Assembly: GCA_051294375.1 (NCBI GenBank)
Contig: CM119270.1
Coordinates: forward strand, 1,145,238-1,209,237
DNA: 64,000 bases
Direction: 5' to 3'
DNA from: Paraspadella gotoi
Lineage: Eukaryota; Animalia; Chaetognatha
Shown here: positions 57,187-64,000 of the stretch, piece after piece
Layout: each line of letters starts with the position of its first letter
Numbering within the stretch: position 1 is the first letter of the stretch
Made by a program: the position numbers and the translations under genes
Notes under the pieces: model-generated
Seen by the model: only the letters and a program-made list of their open reading frames with translations
What the model was told of the DNA's origin: nothing
Databases searched by the model: none

Positions 57187-60100
57187 ATGGAAAACTACGA
57201 GAAAGTCCGCGTGATCGGTCGCGGCGCTTACGGAACCGTCTACCTCTGCTCGCGTCTCAGCGACCGACGCCCAGTCATCATCAAGCAGATTCCCGTGGAG
57301 ACGATGACCAAAGAGGAACGCCTCGCCGCCCTCAACGAGGTGAAGGTGTTAGAGATGCTGCAGCATCCGCTCATCGTCGAATACTACGACTACTTCCTCG
57401 AGGACAAGGCTCTAATGATCGTGATGGAGTTTATGGAGGGCGGGACGCTCTTCGACTTTCTCCAGCAGCGTCAGGGTCATCTTCTCGACGAGGACGACGT
57501 CCTTCGCGTCTTCGTCCAGCTGCTCATCGCTCTCCAGCACGTCCACTCCAAGCAGATCCTCCACCGCGACCTCAAGACTCAGAACATCCTTTTGGACAAG
57601 TCCAAAGTCCTCGTCAAGATCGGCGACTTTGGCATCTCGAAAGTGCTGAGCAGCAAGTCCAAAGCCGACTCTCGCGTCGGCACCCCTTGCTACTACAGCC
57701 CGGAACTATGCGAGGGGAAGCCCTACAACCAGAAGAGCGATATCTGGGCGTTGGGCTGCGTTCTCTACGAGCTGGCCACTCTCCGCAAGGCCTTCGACGC
57801 CGGGAATCCCATCGCCCTCGTGTCCAAGATCATGCGCGGCGCCTTCGCTCCCATCGGCGACGCCTACTCCACCGAACTGGACGAGCTCGTTGTGGCGATG
57901 CTCCGGCTCGACCCTTCCAAGAGGCCGCGGATCGACGAGATCCTTTGTCAGCCTCTCGTCGTCAACGCTTACATGAACTACTTCGCCAACGTGGGGAAGC
58001 TGCCCGCCGCTGCGACGGCGGCGACGGCGGCGGCGTACAAGCCGCATCGAGTTATTTCGTTTTCCACGGAGGCGGGAGGAGGAGGAGGAGGAGCTGGGAG
58101 AGTGAACGCCGCTGGAGGTGAAGGAGCGACCAAGTCGTCGTTGAAGCAGGTTAATTCTAACATTATCAAAGTAATTTATTCATTAAGTTCATACATAACT
58201 TTTCTGAGACTGGAACGTGGCCAGACGAATTCTTTTGACGGTAATTGTTTGAATGTTCTGTTTATTTAAGAAGAGATTATTGAGCGTAAATTTTCATAAA
58301 TAACCTCCCGATACCCTTAAAGTTAAACCTCTTTATCTATAACCTTGCAACCTTAGAGAGTGAGAGAGAATCGTCCGGCCCTGAACTTCTTTCCATTCGC
58401 CTGCCCACGTTTCACAGCCCAAGTCTTCCAACCCTCTGACCCGGGGTGGCTCATCCGGATCCCTTCTCCCGCCCGGCCTCTGTCCCCTCGACGCCATGGC
58501 GTTCCATTGCGGCTACGACCTCGCCCCACTCCCGCCCTGCGTTGTCTACTGCTGGGGCGGTTCCGCCGCGACGCCCCTGCGGCTTCCGCTGCCCAACGCC
58601 GAGACCGAAGTCGTGCAGGTGAGGAGGTGTGTCAGTTTGCAGGCTTTTAATAGACTCTCTCATTGTCTACCTAGTTAATTAACTTCCAAAAAACCTAGTT
58701 TCCATATCAATAAATTCGCATAATGTTGAAAAGGACCATTCTCTCAAGTATTCCTTGACAGATTTTTTTGGACGCATTATGTGCAGAAAATTAAGGGAGT
58801 TCTCTTCTCATGGTTTCCATTTGCTGTCAGGAAATCGTTAGGTTTAAATGTATAACTAAATAAATATAAATACTGTAACAAAACATCCCCGTGTAAGTTT
58901 TCATTGGCCTACGTAATTAATCATATCTTACACTCGCTCTTACTTTCGCCACTATCTCCAACTGCCACTCTTTCCCACCCCCTTCCCACCCCCGCTCTAG
59001 GTCTCCATCGGTCGCGCCCAAAAAGCCGGCGTCACCAAAGACGGTCGCGTCGTCCTCTGGGATCACCATGCCTCCTCGACCTTCGACTCTGGCGCCACCT
59101 ATCGCTCAACGGCGTCGTCGTCGTCTTCACTCTTTTCTACTAAAGGCTCGACGCCGGGTAAGGCGGCGCCGGAGAGCGGCGCCGCCTCGGTGACTGCGCG
59201 GTTTTTAGAGGGACAGGCGGCGGTGACGATCGCGGAGGTTGCGTGCGGAGATTTGTTCGTCGGTGAGATTTAAATTTTGGGACTCGGATTTTAAATTCTA
59301 TTTCGGATTTAGATTTTAAAAAAGGATTTAGCATCTGAATTTTAAAAACAGATTTTGGATTAAAATTGAATTATCTATTTAGTTTTAGAATATAGATTTT
59401 GAATTTAATTTCAGGTTTAGATTTTAAATACGATTTAAGCTGTAAAAATCCGTTGAGGATTTAGATTCGAATTTGATTGAGGATTTAGATTTTAAAAATT
59501 GATATCGGATTTAGATTTACCATTCGAGGATTAAAATTTAAAATTGTTTGATCATTAAACTCTCTCAATCCAGCCTGCCTCACTGATCGCGGTATTCTCA
59601 TGACCTATGGTTCCGGCGCCAACGGTTGCCTTGGCCACGGCGCCACCGTCGACGTCCCGCAGACCAAAGCCAAGATCGTGGAGGCGCTGCTGGGCTACGA
59701 AATTGTGGGCGTGGCAGCCGGCGCCTCTCACGTCCTCGCTCTCACCAACGATCACGAACTCTTCGCCTGGGGGCGCGGCGACAACGGCCGCTTGGGTCTG
59801 GGCGACGCCGGCGTAATTTCGGCCGGCGTCGTCTCGAAACCGACGCCGGTTCCTTTCCCGCCTTCTCACCGCGCCGCCTCCGTCTTCTGCGGCGGCGACG
59901 CCTCCGTCGTACTCACCGACGTCGGCCGAATGTTTTGTTGCGGATCCAACCGGGCCAACAAACTGGCGCTGGACGCCGCCGACGCCGCGGAGCGAGTGGT
60001 AGAGGAAGCGGCGTCGCTTCGTCCGACGCCGGACTCTTCTCCGCTATCTCGTCATCCGGTGGCGCGCGTCGCCATCGGCGCCTCTCATTCCGGCGCCGTC

Positions 60101-60478
60101 ACTCGCGACGGAGATCTCTACGTCTTCGGTTCCAATCAATTCGGTCAGCTCGGCTCGGCGGCGCCGGCGGAATCCTCCTCCGCCGTCCCTCGGCGCCGCA
60201 ATCAACGCGTGGCGCCGGTTTTGGCGCTGCGCGGTTGCTGTTTTGTCTCCTGCGGCGACACCTTCACCGTCGCCGCTTGTTTGGACGGCGCCGTGCGGAG
60301 CTGGGGAAAAAGCGCCCGAGGAAGGTTAGGGCGAGAAGTGAACGGCGACAGCGCCGACGCCGTTGCCATCGATTTCGGCGTCGGTGAACCCAAGTTGAAG
60401 GCCGTCTCGTTGGTCAGCAGTCATGGGAACACGCTCTTGGCGGGGAAGCCGGCCGATGAGTTCGGAGTTGCGGAATGA
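57187..60478 (+). CDS. NEK8: NIMA-related kinase with RCC1 repeats, ~4 exons
   Basis: MENYEKVRVIGRGAYGTVYL, HRDLKTQNILL, KIGDFGISK, GTPCYYSPELCEGKPYNQKSDIWALGC, TDRGILMTYGSGANGCLGHG. Confidence 0.96.
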
Positions 60479-60931
60479 GAGAGAAGGAGATGAAATCTGA
60501 TGCGAAACTTGATCTCCCCCCGTCACTTCTCTATCCCTTCTTTTCCTCAGCTTCTTCCTCTTCCCTTTCTTGCTTTCTCCCTCTTATGTTGAGTCTTTCA
60601 CGGCCTTCGCTTTAGGTTCATTAGATCGAATCTCGACCTTAATTCTTGTGAAAAACCTGGCATGTGACTTCTAGTAAAACCGAACTAGGCTTTTTTCACA
60701 CGAGAAACTACTTCTGGTTATTATCCATAAATTGAACCTCTTCATTCAATCCTTACTTTTCTTTATACACCAGTTTATGATTTTTCAATCACTATACGAG
60801 CCTTAAATTTGTTGTTTTTTAACGCCACGCTAATTTTTCTCGTGTTACATCGTTATATATTTAATTAATGTTTTATTATATTTTACAAGAATGCTTGTTT
60901 AAATTCTGTGTGTTCGACTGTCGATCCCGCG

Positions 60932-63379
60932 ATGAATGTTGGTCTTACTTGGTCCGCCCGACGCTACTTCGCGACGGGCGTCAGCCTTCGAGACAAAGCC
61001 TTTCTGGACTCCTTGGAGTTGATCGTCCAGGGTGGCTTCGGCGGGCGCGGCAACCCAAATCTGGGCGGTCGAGGCGGCGACGGTGGCTCCGTCTATTTTA
61101 GAGGAAAACGAAGCTTGAAACTTCATCATCTTCGCAAGAGATTCCCGGAACTTACCGTCCGCGCGGGTGAGTTACTAATACTTTTAAGTTTAGTTTACTT
61201 TTCTCTTTTTTTTTCTTTTTCTTTTCTTTGCTCTATTTTCCTTATTTTTCTTTTCTTTTTAAATTTTATTTTTTTACTTTTTTTTTAGTTTACTTTCCTT
61301 TATTTAATTCTTTTTTTATTAGGTTAAGCCTTTTAGAATTAGAATCCGTTCTAAAAGAGTTAATTAAAATATCTGTATTGTCATTGAACATAATTATCCT
61401 CATCTTTTATTCCTCGTCGATTCCTCGTTTTATTTTTCTTTGATCTCGCCGCTTATTTTCTTTTTCTTCTTTCAATTTTACTTCGATCCTTTGATTTGGC
61501 GGGAAACAAAAATGCCGCCCGGTTTTTTTTTTTTCCTTTTTCCCAAAAATCTTTTCTGTTTGCTCACCATAAACTTTTTTGGACAATGATTTAATTAATT
61601 GATCATTACTCGGAAGTGATGCGTATTTCGAACTAATTCAAACCCTTTTCCTCTCGCGATCAAAAAAGGCGACGGAAAAAACGCGGAGCCCGTTCGTCTG
61701 CTCGGCGCTCCGGGCAACGACGTCATCGTCACAATCCCAACGGGCGTCACTGTGACGAATAGACGGGGAGTCGTCGTCGCCGACATCGACTCGACGGAGG
61801 AGCGCGTGTTGGTGGCGCCCGGCGCCGCCGGAAACCACGCCGCTAAGGGTGCGTTTAACACTTTTATATGAAATAACTTTCATTAACTTAAACAAGACTA
61901 TAAATCGACGTTTACTTCGGGTTTAGATATAACGCGAATGCGGAATTTAAAAGAAACAAAATAAGCAAAAATTAAGATTTTTATTAATTACCCTTGGTCA
62001 AGTTTTGTTTCAGTTATTATGTCTTGCATAATTTTGATCCATTTAATTGTATTTTCACTATGGAGAGGCAGTGAAAGTACAAAACAAGAACGGTAATTCG
62101 AATGTATTGCGCCGCAGTGACTGCCTTAATAAGGCATCATTATCATGTGTATTTCCGGTTGATCACGTTACTGCCGTAAGCATTCAACCCGCGCTGCATC
62201 GGGATTCCGTCTTTTATTCTTTATACGGTTTTTTAAAAAAACCTAAGGTAGTGCTAGTAGTCGCTTAGGTTCCAGGTTTTCAGCAAAAATGACAAAAGAG
62301 CAAGGAGAGAGTGAGTGAGTGAGTGAGTGAGTGTGAGCCAAAACTAATTTATACTATACTTATAATACTCACAGTGCATGTGATGACTTTTGAAGATTTA
62401 ATCCATTTTTTTTTCAACCTTTATCGTAATACGTCATTCGTTTGCCTTATTTATTTGTTTGCCTCTTTCGGGGGAAACAAAATATGTACAATTTGATCTT
62501 CTTCCCTTAATGTTTTCTAAGAATGGTAAAAATGTATTGACGGAAAGAATATCATCCTTTAACTCTACACTATTCTATCCCCAACTCCCCCCGCCCTGTC
62601 TCAGTCCGCAAAACCGTCCACCGCTTCCTTCGTCTCGATTTAAAATTAGTCGCCGACGTCGGCCTCGTGGGTTTTCCCAACGCGGGTAAGTCGACTCTCC
62701 TCACCCGACTTTCCAACGCGCGGCCCAAGATCGCCAACTACCCGTTCACGACGCTGCAGCCGCAGTTGGGGGTGGTGGATATCGATGGAGATCGGAGGCG
62801 GGTCACGGTGAGGACCTGAGGAAATGATTGTAAGAGAATACTACAATATGTAAATGAGATTAAAGAAATCGACCCAATTTCTCCTCCGCCCTCTAGGTGG
62901 CCGACCTCCCCGGTCTCATCGAAGGCGCCCACGCCAACGTGGGTCTCGGCCACACCTTCCTCAAGCACGTGGAAAGAACGAAAGCGCTCGTCTTCGTCGT
63001 CGACATCAACGGATTCTGCCTCAAGGACACACCCCGCACGCCTTTCGAGACGGTGGCGCTGCTCACGCGCGAGTTGGAACTTTACGACGTCGCCTTGACG
63101 ACGCGTCCCGCCGTCCTGTGTCTCAACAAGGTGGACGACGACGATCATCTTCCGCGGGCGATGGACGTCGTCACGAAACTCAACGCCTTTGACGAGAGCT
63201 TGGCGGATTCGTCGTTGACGCCGGAAACCACGCCGCGGACGAGAATGCGATTCAGAGAAGTTCACGCGATTTCGGCGAAAGAGGGAGTGAATATCAAGTC
63301 GCTGGTGAAGAGTTTGGACGCTTTGATTCACGGAGAGAAGGAAGAGGAAAAGGATCGATCCAGGCGGCTGTTTTCGTAG
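60932..63379 (+). CDS. GTPBP10: Obg-family GTPase GTPBP10/MTG2-like, ~4 exons
   Basis: [93 protein letters not shown]. Confidence 0.9.
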
Positions 63380-63481
63380 CCCCACTTCGTTCTCGTTGTT
63401 TTCTATGATTTAGCTGTTTTTCCTGTTATTTTTTTTGCCAATTCGACCGTTTTATTTTTTTTTCGCATTTAACTAAAAGTA

Positions 63482-64000
63482 ATGTTTCACTCTGGAACCG
63501 GGAGCAAGCCGGTGGTCAGAGAAATCTTAACCCTTCAAGTCGGACACTACGCCAACTGCGTCGGGACTCATTGGTGGAATATTCAGGTGAGGCCGGACAG
63601 GGTAAGGGAACGGGTTTGGTTTAGAAATAATTATTTGCATAGCGCCTCTCTTCCCTTGTATATTTGTTAAAATTTTAAGAGTTATGGTTCTCTGGCTTTT
63701 GTTAAATTTTGATCAGTGCCCTTGCGCCCTTTGCCAAATGTAAACAATTAATCTCAAATGTAAATAATTAATAATAATAATAATAATTAATAATTAATTT
63801 GCAGGACTCGTCGTTCTGCTACGACCCCAAAGAAGCGGCTCGTCGACCCAAAGAGATCGAATCTGATTTTCTCTTCCGTGAAGGAAAGACTCTTCTCGAC
63901 GAAGTCACCTACACGCCGCGATGCCTCGTTTTCGATCTCAAGGACTCACTGAGAACTCTGCGCCCGCTGGGCAACCTTTACGCTTCGGCGCAGGTGAAGG
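63482..64000 (+). CDS. MSTO1: Misato (tubulin/FtsZ-like) N-terminus, partial
   Basis: REILTLQVGHYANCVGTHWWNIQ / LFREGKTLL..TYTPRCLVFDLKDSL. Confidence 0.95.

Overview
Gene-dense, intron-containing eukaryotic DNA, almost certainly from an invertebrate animal, with GC/CpG-rich exons and AT-rich introns. Sixteen consecutive protein-coding genes lie on the + strand: MBOAT1/2 (3' end), a C2H2-finger/TFIIB-cyclin fusion, MCPH1, an orphan zinc-finger/RRM-like protein, RPL27, PRPF8, POFUT1, PPIL4, NUP85, ACP7, PFDN2, MTA, a C2H2 ZNF, NEK8, GTPBP10 and MSTO1 (5' end). From ~3.5 kb onward, stop-to-ATG gaps are only ~100-900 bp, and most ATGs are preceded by an apparently unpaired splice acceptor. This resembles a very large eukaryotic operon resolved by SL trans-splicing, which is inference only. 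The single - strand gene is an intronless C2H2 gene nested in a PRPF8 intron. A second signal is a ~20 bp octamer-containing motif (TACTGCAATATGCAAATGAGATT) that recurs in introns pointing toward the neighbouring exon from either side. It is accompanied by a C-rich-to-G-rich mirror asymmetry across exons. Introns also hold Penelope GIY-YIG remnants, foldback MITEs, a Helentron/DINE-like repeat with a flipped terminal segment, and a highly structured direct-repeat element. Exon boundaries were read by eye and homologies are recognised from memory, not from searches.
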